From: an uncultured Chloroflexia bacterium
Lineage (GTDB): Bacteria; Chloroflexota; Limnocylindria; Limnocylindrales; CSP1-4
Assembly (NCBI GenBank): GCA_963813225.1
Contig: CAWEYB010000001.1
Location: forward strand, 1,408,362 to 1,472,361
DNA: 64,000 bases
Reading direction: 5' to 3'
Below are positions 28,611-38,027 of the stretch, one piece after another. Each line of letters starts with the position of its first letter. Position 1 is the first letter of the stretch. Under the pieces are notes generated by a model. It made no database searches, was not told the origin of the DNA, and saw only the letters and a program-made list of their open reading frames with translations. The translations under genes and the position numbers were made by a program.

Positions 28611-29795
28611 TCAGGCCGCGTCGATCCGGTACAGCGTCCCGCCCAGGTCGAGCACGTACAGCTCGCCGTGCTCGTCCTGGCCGAACGAGCTGATGTTGAA
28701 TCCGGTCGACAGGAGGAGGGATTTGCTCGCCGGCGCCACGGCGGTGCGCGAGATCGTCCAGATCATCCCCGAGCAGTAATCGCCGAACACATAGCGGCCG
28801 TACAGCGCGTGGACGGCCGTCCCGCGGTAGGCATACCCGCCCGTCACCGCGCAGCCCTCGGCGTGGGTGTACTCGACGACGGGGAACTTGAGGTGGGCCG
28901 TGTTGCAGCCCGTTGCCGGGTTGTAGCAGTGCCGGCCCTCCATGATCCGCCAGCCGTAGTCGACCCCCTTGCCGCCGCTCGTGCTCTTGGTCGACACGAT
29001 CGACCGGTCGATCTCCTCGTACTTGGCCTGGCCGACATCCCCGATCCACATGTCGCCGGTCACCTTGTCGAACGACCAGCCCCATGGGTTGCGCAGCCCG
29101 CGTCCCCAGATCTCGTTGAGCCCGGCCCGCCCGACGTACGGGTTCGACGCCGGGATCTTGTAGTTCCGGCTGCCGACCGAACCGTTGACGTTGATGCGCA
29201 GCATCTTGCCAAGAAGCGAGTTGAGGTTCTGCGCGCGGTTGCCCGGGTCACCTGCGCTCCCGCCGTCGCCCGTCCCGATGTACAGGTCGCCATCGCGACC
29301 GAAGGCCATCCGGCCGCCGTTGTGGTTGGTGTACGGGTGGGCGATGGTGATGATCCGCTTGGCTCCCACCCGCGTCGCGACGTCGGGGTTGGTGGGAGAG
29401 CGGTGGTACTCGCTGATGGCGATGGCACCGTCGCCACGTCGCGTGAAGTACAGGAAGAAGCGACCGTTGGTCTTGTAGTTCGGGTGGAACGCGATGCCCA
29501 GCAGTCCACGCTCGCCACCGGTCGACAGCAGGTCGGCGATGTTGATGAACGGGGTCGGCAGCAGGACGCCGTTCTTGACCACGCGGACCTTGCCGCCCTG
29601 CTGGACGACGAACAGCCGGTTCGAACCATCGCCGGCGTTGACCACCTGCACCGGCGAAGAGAGCCCGGAGACCACCGTGGTGAGCTTGACCGATGCCGCG
29701 CCCGTCACCCCAGCGGGAGCGAGGGTCAGCAGGAGGACCGCGATGGTCAGGGCGCCGGCGAGCCGGCGCGGGAGCGCGCGATGTCGGGTCTGCAT
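28611..29795 (-). CDS. PQQ-dependent sugar dehydrogenase (secreted), paralogue of 23903..25181
   Basis: ATG 29795 (MQTRHRALPRRLAGALTIAVLLLTLAPAGVTGA) lies inside track ORF 28611..30074. Motifs: GLLGIAFHPNY, HNGGRMAFGRDGDLYI, GLRNPWGWSFD, DVGQAKYEEID. Confidence 0.88.
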   Translation of the reverse strand: MQTRHRALPRRLAGALTIAVLLLTLAPAGVTGAASVKLTTVVSGLSSPVQVVNAGDGSNRLFVVQQGGKVRVVKNGVLLPTPFINIADLLSTGGERGLLGIAFHPNYKTNGRFFLYFTRRGDGAIAISEYHRSPTNPDVATRVGAKRIITIAHPYTNHNGGRMAFGRDGDLYIGTGDGGSAGDPGNRAQNLNSLLGKMLRINVNGSVGSRNYKIPASNPYVGRAGLNEIWGRGLRNPWGWSFDKVTGDMWIGDVGQAKYEEIDRSIVSTKSTSGGKGVDYGWRIMEGRHCYNPATGCNTAHLKFPVVEYTHAEGCAVTGGYAYRGTAVHALYGRYVFGDYCSGMIWTISRTAVAPASKSLLLSTGFNISSFGQDEHGELYVLDLGGTLYRIDAA

Positions 29796-29846
29796 CGGCC
29801 GATGATGGCCCTCGGGCCATCGCCTCGCAAGGCGGACCATCCGGCC

Positions 29847-30737
29847 ATGGCGGCGGCTATCCTGTCGTCGATGCTGACGACCGACCGCCGTTTCGGCGCC
29901 CAGAGCATGACCGCGCCACTGCGCGAGGTGCTCGTCAAGCGGCCCGGTCCGGCGTTCGGCGCCGCCTTCGACGACCCGGCCCACGGCTTCCTCCACCCGG
30001 TCGATCTGGACATCGCGCGGCGCGAGCACGATGCCTTCGTCGAGCTTCTGGCCGGCACGGGGCCGACGGTCCACGTCCTTGACACCGAGATCGCCTCACC
30101 GGACCTCGTCTACACGTTCGATCCGCTGCTGGTGACCGATCGCGGCGCCATCCCGCTCCGACCGGGCAAGCCGAACCGGGCTCCCGAGCCGGCCGCCATC
30201 GAGGCCTGGACGACCGCCGCCGGGATCCCGACGGTCGGGCGGATCGACGCACCGGGCACCGTCGAGGGAGGAGACACGTTCTGGCTTCGGCCGGACCTGT
30301 TGTGCATCGGCCGGACGCTGCGCACGAACCAGGCCGGGGCGCTCCAGCTTGCGGCCCTGGTCGGCGGGGACGTTCGGATCTTCGACGTCCCGTACTGGCG
30401 CGGTCCCGCCGAGCTGATCCACCTGCTGTCGGTCATCTCGCCGGTCGCCGACGACCTCGCCGTCGTGTACCTGCCGCTGCTGCCGGTCGGGCTGTGGGCG
30501 CTGCTCGGCGAGCTCGGGATCCGGCTGATCGAGGTCCCCGATGAGGAGTTCCCGACCCTCGGCTGCAACGTCCTGGCGGTGCGGCCAGGGGTCGTCATCC
30601 TGGCCGAGGGCAATCCGCGGACGGCCGCTGCCCTCGCAGCGGCCGGCTGCGACGTCCACACGTACCCTGCCAGCGAGATCGGCGTCAACGGCTCGGGCGG
30701 GCCGACCTGCATGACCCGGCCGATCCTCCGTGACTGA
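29847..30737 (+). CDS. amidinotransferase-fold enzyme, dimethylarginine dimethylaminohydrolase (DDAH)-like
   Basis: These are the last ~296 codons of track ORF 28593..30737. The upstream part of that ORF is antisense to the dehydrogenase. ATG 29847 and 29871 are candidate starts. The catalytic Cys context is NGSGGPTCMTRP, and GDTFWL is also present. Confidence 0.75.
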   Translation: MAAAILSSMLTTDRRFGAQSMTAPLREVLVKRPGPAFGAAFDDPAHGFLHPVDLDIARREHDAFVELLAGTGPTVHVLDTEIASPDLVYTFDPLLVTDRGAIPLRPGKPNRAPEPAAIEAWTTAAGIPTVGRIDAPGTVEGGDTFWLRPDLLCIGRTLRTNQAGALQLAALVGGDVRIFDVPYWRGPAELIHLLSVISPVADDLAVVYLPLLPVGLWALLGELGIRLIEVPDEEFPTLGCNVLAVRPGVVILAEGNPRTAAALAAAGCDVHTYPASEIGVNGSGGPTCMTRPILRD

Positions 30738-31984
30738 TACCCGGGCGCCCGCTGTCGACCGTGACCGGCTCGTCGCGGATCTGACGGCGCTCGTCCGGAT
30801 CCCGAGCATCACCGGTTCGGAGGAGGCCGTGATGGCCTGGGCCGCGGACGTGCTGCGTGAGCTCGGGCTGGCCGTCGAGGTCCTGGCGCCGTCGCTCGAG
30901 ACGATCCGCGCGGACGCGGACTGGCCCGGCGAGGAGATGGCGCGGACCGCGCTCCCGGTCGTGATCGGTCGCGCCGGCCGGCCGGGCGGGCGGCGGCTCG
31001 TGCTGTCGGGGCACCTCGATGTCGTCCCGCCCGGCGACCCGGCGACCTGGACGGCCGATCCGTGGGGCGCGGAGGTCCGGGACGGAGCGCTGTATGGCCG
31101 CGGCGCATGCGACATGAAGGGCGGCGTGGCGTCGATCCTGGCCGCGGTCCGGGCGCTCGGGACGGCCGGTGACCTGGATCGGCTGGCTGGTGAGCTGGTC
31201 GTCGCCCTCGTGCCGTCCGAAGAGGACGGCGGGCAGGGGACGCTGGCCGCGATCCGCGCCGGCGTTTCCGGTGACATGGCGATCATCACCGAGCCCTCGA
31301 ACCTCGACGTCGTCGTCGCGCACGCCGGCGCGATCACCTTCCGGCTGACCGTCCCCGGGCGGGCAGCTCACGCCTCTCAGCGGCGGGAAGGTGTCTCGGC
31401 ACTCGACAAGCTGTTCGTGCTCAGCCGGGCGCTCGAGGCCGACGAGGCGCGTCGGAACGACGCCGAGACCGATCCGTTGATGACGGTGATGGGGCTGCCG
31501 TACCCGACGATCATCGGCATCGTCGAGGGCGGGGAGTGGGCATCGACCGTGCTCGACCGGGTCACCGCCGACGGACGCTATGGCGTGCGCCTCGGCCAGT
31601 CGCCCGCCGAGGCCGAGACCGAGCTGCGTGCGGTCGTCGCCGCGGCATGCGCGGACGACGACTTCCTGCGCGACCATCCCGCCACGGTCGAGATCACCGG
31701 CGGCCGGTTCGGCTCGGCCCGCGTCGCATCCGACCATGCCCTGCCGGTGTCGCTCGCCGCGACCATCGAAGCCGTCACCGGCCATCGGCCGACCATGTTG
31801 GGCGAGCCCTACGGCGCCGACATGCGCCTGTTCGTCAACGTCGCCGACACGCCGTGCGTGATCTTCGGACCAGGCGACGTGCGCGTTGCGCACAGCGCTG
31901 ACGAGAACGTGTCACTGGCCGAGGTCGAAGAGTGCGCGCGCGTGCTTGGCGGCCTGGGTGATCCGCGAGATCGGCGCCGGCTAG
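30730..31984 (+). CDS. M20 family metallopeptidase (ArgE/DapE-type deacylase); the last ~13 codons need a +1 frame change near 31945
   Basis: GTG 30730 overlaps the DDAH-like stop by 8 nt. Motifs: SGHLDVVPPG, GRGACDMKGG, PSEEDGG, AHSADE. After ...EVEECARVL the sense continues as AAWVIREIGAG-TAG (31982-31984). The tracked frame instead runs 600 nt antisense into the helicase gene. Confidence 0.85.
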
Positions 31985-31986
31985 GG

Positions 31987-34900
31987 TCAGGCGATCGGGA
32001 TCAGCACGGCCTGGTCGGCGGCGACCTCGACGAACCGGCACATGGCATCGACCATCTGCATCTGCTCCGGTGTCCGGCAGCCCGCCTCGAGGAGGGTCGG
32101 GGAGGCGACGAGCAGGGCGAGGCTCTTCGCCCGCGAGATCGCGACGTTGAGCCGATTGCGCGAGTAGAGGAAGCCCATGTCACGCGGCGCGTCTTCGCGA
32201 CTCGAGCTCGCCATCGAGTAGATCGCCACGACGCCCTCGCGTCCCTGGAACTTGTCGACCGTCCCGACGTTGCCGCGCCGTCCGATCGTCCGCTGAAGGG
32301 CCGCCTGGATCTCGGCGACCTGCGCGTTGTACGGCGCGACGACGATGACGTCGTCGACCGTGATCGGCCTGTGCCGCCCGTCCTTGTCCTGCCAGCTCAT
32401 CCCGAGCAGGCGGGCGACCGCCGTCGCGACGACCTCGGCCTCCTCGCGCGAGCGTGCCCCGTTGCCGGTGTGGGGCGTCGGCAGCCAGCGGATCCCGGCC
32501 CCGGACAGGACGGTATCGTCGCCGTCGACGCGCCGAAGCTCGGTGCCCGGATACGTGTCGAGCAGGCCGCCATAGAACGCTGGTGAGATGAAGGCGTTGA
32601 CCGCCGGGTGCATCCGGCGGGATGTCTCGAGGAACAGGCCGCGTTCGCGGGGGATGGTCGTCGCGTCCCCGACGAGATGCTCGAGCGACGACGCGGCGGC
32701 ATCGCCCGGATGGACGCCCTGGGTCACCATCGGGAGCTGGTTCTGATCGCCGATCAGGACGATGGACCGAGCGCACGATCCGATCGCCACCGCGTTGGCG
32801 AGCGACATCTGGCTGGCCTCGTCGACGAACAGGACGTCGAAGGCGCCGTCGAACTCGGGTCGCGCGAACAGCCAGCCGGTCCCGGCCACGACGTCGACGG
32901 CGTCGGCGGCGAGTGCGGCGCTGACGTCATCGTTCCCGTTCGCCCGGGACACACCCGCGATCGGGCTCACATCCGCGTCCGCCTTCTGGAGGATCCGGAC
33001 CGTCACATGCTCCTCGTTGGCCGCCCGAACCAGCTCCTCGAGAAGGTTGCTGATGGTCTTGTGCGACTGCGCCGTGACCGCGACACGGCGTCCCGCATCG
33101 ACGAGGTCGAGGATCATCCGAGCGCCGGCATACGTCTTGCCCGTGCCGGGTGGCCCCTGGATCGGCAGGGTCCCGGCCGCGAGCTCGAGCGCAAGCCGTC
33201 GCGCCGCCAGGACGACGTCCTCGCCCGGCTCGACGAGCGGGGCGCCCAGACGACCAGCACGGCGCGGCGGGAGTCGGAGGAGCATGTCCCGCACTGCCCG
33301 ATACCGGCCGTCGCCGTCGATGCCGCTGGCGATGACCGAATCGGCGACGCGGAGCATCGCCTGCTTCTGGGGGCCGCTCGTGAGCGGGGCAGGCCCGATG
33401 AGGGCACGCGGATGCGGCCACGCCGAGTTGCGCGATCGCTTGAGCTCGATCAGCCCGACGGCGTCATCGATCGACACGATGGTACCCGCCGCCTTGCCGG
33501 TCCCAATGGAAAAGACCTCGTCCCCCGGATCGAAGCCGTGGTCCTGTGGCTCGAACCGGTAGCGGCGGTGGAGCATGACGCCCTGCCCGTCGAACTCGTC
33601 GACGAAGGTGAGGCCGGCCAATGCGTCGCGTTCGAGGACGAGCTGTTCGATCGTCAGGTCGTCCTTGAGCTCGAACCAGCGCCACCACTGCGACTTCTCC
33701 TCGCGGCGGTGCCAATCGAGGAGGTCGGCGAGCAGCCGGCGGCCTTCTGCCGCTGGGGAGTCGTCTTCCGCGGGAAGGTCCGCCGTCAGCCCGGTGACCC
33801 GTCTCTCGACCGCCTCGATCCATTCCGTGACGGAGGCCGGTTCCGTCGCAGCAGCCACCACCGGTCGCGTCCAGTCGAGCTCGGGCCAGCGGAGAACGGC
33901 CTCGGCGCGGCGCTGCTCGAGCCAGCCGCGCAGGAGCCAGGTCGAGACGCAGTCGTCGCGGTTGTACGCGGCGATCCCGTCGAGGATGGTCTGGTCGCCG
34001 TTCTTCAGCCACGTCTCGAATGCGACCACGCTGAAACCCGCCTCGGTGACCGGTCCTTCGCGCTTCGGCATGTAGAACTTCTCGATCTGCTTGAGCGAGT
34101 AGGACTCGACCGAGGCACGGACACCCTGGCGAACGGCGTTGAGCAGGTCCACCAGGACGTCGCCTCGGAGCAGCCGGTCGACCTCGTCGACGCACGTCCC
34201 GTGTCTCTGCATGAGCCGCTTGATCGCGCCCGCCTCGTAGCCGCCGTAGTGATAGACGTGCATCTCCGGATGCGCGTCGAGGCGGTCGATGACGAGGTGG
34301 ATGAACCGCTCGAACGCCGCCTTTTCCGCCTCCTGCGAGGTCGCCCAGATGTCGAGGTATCTCGGCTCGCCGTCGACGTCCTCGACCACTCCGAGCAGAT
34401 ATTCGAGCCCGACCTCGGTCGCCCACGGGTCGGCCTCGATGTCGAAGAAGAGGTCCCAGGGAGACGGCTCGGGAAGGACTCGCAGACCGCGACCAGCGTC
34501 GTCCGGATCGGGCGGGATCAGCTCGAAGACTCGCTCGTGCGTCTCGCGCTCGTGGAGCTGCAGCCTCGATTGCTCGCGGATGCGCGTCAGCTGCGGAGCG
34601 GCGATCCCGTCGACCGGCTGACCCATTGGCAGGACGGCCAGACCGGCCAGCGTCGAGATGCCCGCCGCGGTGAGACGTTCCGTGTCGAGACGACGCATGC
34701 CCGCGACGATGGACAGATGGTCATCGTCGCGACGTCGCTGGATGCACATCGGGTACCAGGTGCACACGCGGCAGTGGTCGACCGGATCGGGGTAGGTGCC
34801 CGTCGGGCCGTCGACCAGACCCCGCGACATGCGCTCGTCGAAGCGGTCGCGGACGAACCGGAAGTAGGCCGAGAAGTCGTCGGTCCGGTAGCTGTGCTGC

Positions 34901-35448
34901 GCCCGATCGCCGGTGATGACCGTGAGCCATTCCGGGGCGATCCCCTGCAGGCCCTCGAGCAGGTCGGCGTAGACGCACATCTGGAGGATCGCGCCGCCCT
35001 TCACCGACCGAGCGAGTTTCGTGTCGGCGATGTCGTAGCTCCAATCGCCGAGCACCGGGCTCGGGCGGTCAGACCGCTTGAACAGGAAGTCCGCGTGACC
35101 GCGCCACCGACCGTCGAAGAACGTCGCCTGGAAGATGACGTCGATGCCCGCTCGCATCGCCTCGAGCGTCGCGGCCTGGGCGCGACGGAGGTCAGCGGGC
35201 GTCTTGAGGCCGTCCTTGGGGATCTCGACGATCGTCCGGCCCTCCGCGGCGAGCGAGGCGAGATAGGCCGCCTCGTGGAGGTCACCCTTCTCCTGGATGA
35301 GGGCGATGGTCGGGTCGTCGCGCCGGATGGGCTTGTCCCAGAGGCCTTCCACCCGCCCGAGCTCGAGCGTGGCGAGGTGGTCGCAGGCGAGATAGCCGAC
35401 GAGGTCCGTGGCACTGACGATCAGGGTTCCATCGGGGGCGATCTGCAC
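31987..35448 (-). CDS. three-module nuclease-helicase: Cas4/RecB-like PD-(D/E)xK nuclease with 4-Cys cluster + RNase H-like (DEDD-type) exonuclease + SF1 Upf1/Dna2-like helicase (TM0106-family RecB-like protein)
   Basis: Intact track ORF of 1153 aa.
- Nuclease module: C22 plus C226-x2-C229-x5-C235 (34744..34773), HADFLF, YDIADTK, QMCVY.
- Exonuclease module: FFDIEADP (~34430), HVYHYGGYE, AAYNRDDC.
- Helicase module: Walker A GPPGTGKT (33133..33156), FVDEASQ, IGDQNQLP, VDKFQGRE, NVAISRAK. Confidence 0.9.
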   Translation of the reverse strand: MQIAPDGTLIVSATDLVGYLACDHLATLELGRVEGLWDKPIRRDDPTIALIQEKGDLHEAAYLASLAAEGRTIVEIPKDGLKTPADLRRAQAATLEAMRAGIDVIFQATFFDGRWRGHADFLFKRSDRPSPVLGDWSYDIADTKLARSVKGGAILQMCVYADLLEGLQGIAPEWLTVITGDRAQHSYRTDDFSAYFRFVRDRFDERMSRGLVDGPTGTYPDPVDHCRVCTWYPMCIQRRRDDDHLSIVAGMRRLDTERLTAAGISTLAGLAVLPMGQPVDGIAAPQLTRIREQSRLQLHERETHERVFELIPPDPDDAGRGLRVLPEPSPWDLFFDIEADPWATEVGLEYLLGVVEDVDGEPRYLDIWATSQEAEKAAFERFIHLVIDRLDAHPEMHVYHYGGYEAGAIKRLMQRHGTCVDEVDRLLRGDVLVDLLNAVRQGVRASVESYSLKQIEKFYMPKREGPVTEAGFSVVAFETWLKNGDQTILDGIAAYNRDDCVSTWLLRGWLEQRRAEAVLRWPELDWTRPVVAAATEPASVTEWIEAVERRVTGLTADLPAEDDSPAAEGRRLLADLLDWHRREEKSQWWRWFELKDDLTIEQLVLERDALAGLTFVDEFDGQGVMLHRRYRFEPQDHGFDPGDEVFSIGTGKAAGTIVSIDDAVGLIELKRSRNSAWPHPRALIGPAPLTSGPQKQAMLRVADSVIASGIDGDGRYRAVRDMLLRLPPRRAGRLGAPLVEPGEDVVLAARRLALELAAGTLPIQGPPGTGKTYAGARMILDLVDAGRRVAVTAQSHKTISNLLEELVRAANEEHVTVRILQKADADVSPIAGVSRANGNDDVSAALAADAVDVVAGTGWLFARPEFDGAFDVLFVDEASQMSLANAVAIGSCARSIVLIGDQNQLPMVTQGVHPGDAAASSLEHLVGDATTIPRERGLFLETSRRMHPAVNAFISPAFYGGLLDTYPGTELRRVDGDDTVLSGAGIRWLPTPHTGNGARSREEAEVVATAVARLLGMSWQDKDGRHRPITVDDVIVVAPYNAQVAEIQAALQRTIGRRGNVGTVDKFQGREGVVAIYSMASSSREDAPRDMGFLYSRNRLNVAISRAKSLALLVASPTLLEAGCRTPEQMQMVDAMCRFVEVAADQAVLIPIA

Positions 35449-35511
35449 CGTTCAACCGTACCAGCGGACCGTGACAGCTCGCCTGTCGCGGCGCCGCGAT
35501 AGCATCCGCTC

Positions 35512-35985
35512 GTGAGCGTGCAGCGTCGCGACGCCGAGGGGCGGCGACAGGTCGGACCGAGCTGGGAGAGCCTCGTCGAGCGGCAGATCCGCGAGGCGAT
35601 GGCCGACGGCGCCTTCGACGACCTGCCCTATCGCGGCGAGCCCCTGCCGATCGAGGACGACAGCGCGGCGGGCGAGTGGGCGATGGCCCACCGGATGCTC
35701 AAGAGCGCGGGCGCGGCGCCGCCCTGGATCGAGGCCGACAAGGAGGCGCGCCGGCTGCTGGCGGAGATCGAGCACCTGGTCGGGCGGGCGCCGACGATGT
35801 CGGGCTTCGGTCGGCGCCGCGCGCGGCGCGAGCTCGCGCACCTCGTCGAGGCGGCGAACGGGGCCATCGCCCGGGTCAACAGCGAGGCGCCGACCGATCG
35901 CCAGCACCGTCGGCCGCTCGATCCCGCGGCCGAGGCGGCGCGGCTCGAGGCCGCTTTCGAGGACCGACGGCGTGACCCGAGCTAG
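35512..35985 (+). CDS. DUF1992 (DnaJC28-like) domain protein
   Basis: Track ORF 35512..35985 (GTG start). SWESLVERQIREAMADGAFDDLPYRGEPLPIEDD...MAHRMLKSAGAAPPWIEADKE matches the DUF1992 pattern. Confidence 0.75.
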   Translation: MSVQRRDAEGRRQVGPSWESLVERQIREAMADGAFDDLPYRGEPLPIEDDSAAGEWAMAHRMLKSAGAAPPWIEADKEARRLLAEIEHLVGRAPTMSGFGRRRARRELAHLVEAANGAIARVNSEAPTDRQHRRPLDPAAEAARLEAAFEDRRRDPS

Positions 35986-36518
35986 GGCTCGTCGTCCCGC
36001 AATCGCGAGTAGGTGACGAGGTCGTGGTACGCGCCGGCCCGGAACTGCGAGCCGCGGGCCACGCCCTCGCGGACGTAGCCGGCCTTCTCGAGCGACCGCT
36101 GCTCGGCGATGTTCTCGACGTCGGTCGAGGCCTCGATCCGGTTGACCCGCGTGTTGGCGAACAGGTACGCGGCGAGGAGGCGCTGGGCCTCGCTGCCGTA
36201 GCCGTGGCCGCGCGCCTCGGGGATCAGCGCGATCCCGACGTTCCAGGCGCTCGGATTCCGGGTTCGGGCCGTAGCCCACCCGATGCCAGCCGACCGTCCC
36301 GATCGGCCGGTCGTCGGCGACCAGCTCGACGATGAGCTGTCCGTTGTGCTCGTTGCGCAGCGGCCCACGCGCGAGCGCGTCGCGATCGACCGGGTCGCGC
36401 TCGACGCCGAAGTCGTTGAACTCGCCGATGTTCGACCGGATCCCGGTCCCAGGCATCGAGCAGGTCGGCGTCGTCGAGGGTCACGTCGCGCAGCCGGACG
36501 CGCGCGCCCTCCGCTCAC
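35982..36518 (-). pseudogene. GNAT N-acetyltransferase (RimJ/RimL-like), two to three +1 frame breaks
   Basis: The pieces lie in three minus frames. They are (V)TLDDADLLDAWDRDP (track 36224..36484), then IRSNIGEFNDFGVERDPVDRDALARGPLRNEHNGQLIVELVADDRPIGTVGWHRVGYGPNPES (track 35452..36456), then SAWNVGIALIPEARGHGYGSEAQRLLAAYLFANTRVNRIEASTDVENIAEQRSLEKAGYVREG... (track 35982..36647). A GTGA-coupled start at 36518 would need one more +1 break. Confidence 0.8.
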
Positions 36519-37840
36519 GCGAAGAGGGCCTCGACGGCCGCCGCGAAGACCGCCGTGTGGCGGTCGACGTCGGCCTCGGTGGTGGCCGGCGACATCAGCG
36601 CCATGTTGTGGAAGGGTGTCATCAGGACCCGCCGGTTCATCGCCCACAGGTGCAGGAACCGCTCGAGCTCCGGGATCCGCGTTCGCCCATTGCTCGGCGC
36701 CGGTCCGCGGCGGGTCGCGCCATGAAATGGTACTCGGCGCGTGCCCCCAGCCTCGTCACGTGCCACGGGACGGCGCGCGCCCGCGAGCACCTCGTTGACG
36801 CCACTCTCCCAGCGCTCCGCGAGCGCGATCATCCGCGCGAACGCCTCGTCGGTGAGGACCTCGCCGAGCGTCGCCCGGACGGCCGCCAGCGACAGGGCGT
36901 AGCCGGCCAGCGTCCCGCCGATCCCGCCGACGTCGGAGTCGTCGACCGCGATCGATCCGGCGATCCGCTCGGCGACCTCGGGGCTGAAGCCGTAGGCCGC
37001 GGCCGGCAGGCCGCCGCCGATCGTCTTGCCGATGACCAGCACGTCGGGCTCGAGCCGCCACGCTCCGGTCGCTCCGCCCGGGCCGGCGCAGATCGTGTGC
37101 GTCTCGTCGATGATCAGGAGCGTCCCGGTCCGTCGCGGTGAGCTCGCGGACCGCGTCGAGGTAGCCGGGCTCGGGCAGCACGATCCCGACGTTCGTCAGC
37201 GCGGGCTCGAACAGGACGGCCGCCACGTCGCCGTCGGCCAGCGCCGCGAGCGAGACCGTCGACGTCGTTGAACTCGACCACGCGGGTCGTCTCGGCGACG
37301 TCGACCTGCGGCCCGACCGAGCCGCGGACGGGCACCACGGACCCGTCGGGACCGAGCATCGCGATCGCCTCGTCCACCGAGCCGTGGTAGCAGTGGTCGT
37401 GGACCACGACCTTGGAACGACCGGTGATGTGCCGCGCGAGCCGGAGCACCCAGCGATTGGCATCGCTGGCCGACAGGGCGAACTGCCAGGCGCCGACGCC
37501 GAACCGACGGGTCAGCTCCTCGCCGACCCACGCGGCGTCCTCGGTCGGCAGCATGTGGGTGATCCCGCGCCGCATCTGGCGCTCGACCGCGGCGATCGTC
37601 GGCGCCGGCCCGTGGCCGGCCATCGCGCCCGTGTCGCCGAGGCACAGGTCGACGTAGTCGTGGCCGTCGACGCAGCGGAAATGCGCCCCGGACGCTGCCT
37701 CGACGTACGGCGGGAACGGGCTGGCCCACTTGACCATCCAGGGCATCGGGACGCCCTCGAGGAGCGACTGCCGCGCCGGACTCGTGAAGCGACGCGGAGC
37801 GTGGATGCTCGTCGACGAAGCGGGACGTCTCGGCGGCCAT
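36515..37840 (-). pseudogene. class III (GSA-aminomutase-like) PLP aminotransferase, about six +1 frame breaks
   Basis: The protein can be read from ATG 37840 as MAAETSRFVDEHPRSASLHESGA / RQSLLEGVPMPW...HDHCYHGSVDEA...EFNDVDGL / AALADGDVAAVLFEPALTNVGIVLPEPGYLDAVRELTA / TGTLLIIDETHTICAGPGG...VLVIGKTIGGGLP (PLP lysine)...NEVLAGA / VPWHVTRLGARAEYHF / RDPPRTGAEQWANAD / PELERFLHLWAMNRRVLMTPFHNMALM...EALFA. Each junction steps one base 3'. Breaks lie near 37770, 37250, 37130, 36775, 36722 and 36680. Confidence 0.85.
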
Positions 37841-38027
37841 GAGGCGGGCGAGACGGTCGCGGTCGAGTCGGGCGGGGCGGGCGCGGTCACCGCGTCAGGA
37901 TGGCGCCTCCGCGACGTGCCGGCGCGTGCATCTCGCGGCACGCGACGCGGAGACACCGCGACGCCGGTCCACGGGAGGGGTGGACCGGCGTTCGGCGGCG
38001 GGATGGTCGGCCGGTGCGACCGTCGGG

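Noticed and set aside
28593-29846. N-terminal ~420 codons of track ORF 28593..30737
   Set aside because: This part is antisense to the intact PQQ dehydrogenase (28611..29795) and has no family signal. Only the segment from 29847 or 29871 onward resembles an amidinotransferase-fold enzyme.
32608-35502. 964-aa plus-strand ORF opposite the nuclease-helicase gene
   Set aside because: The reasoning is the same. The minus-strand product has three sets of catalytic motifs, while the plus-strand translation is low-complexity Arg/Asp/Gly.
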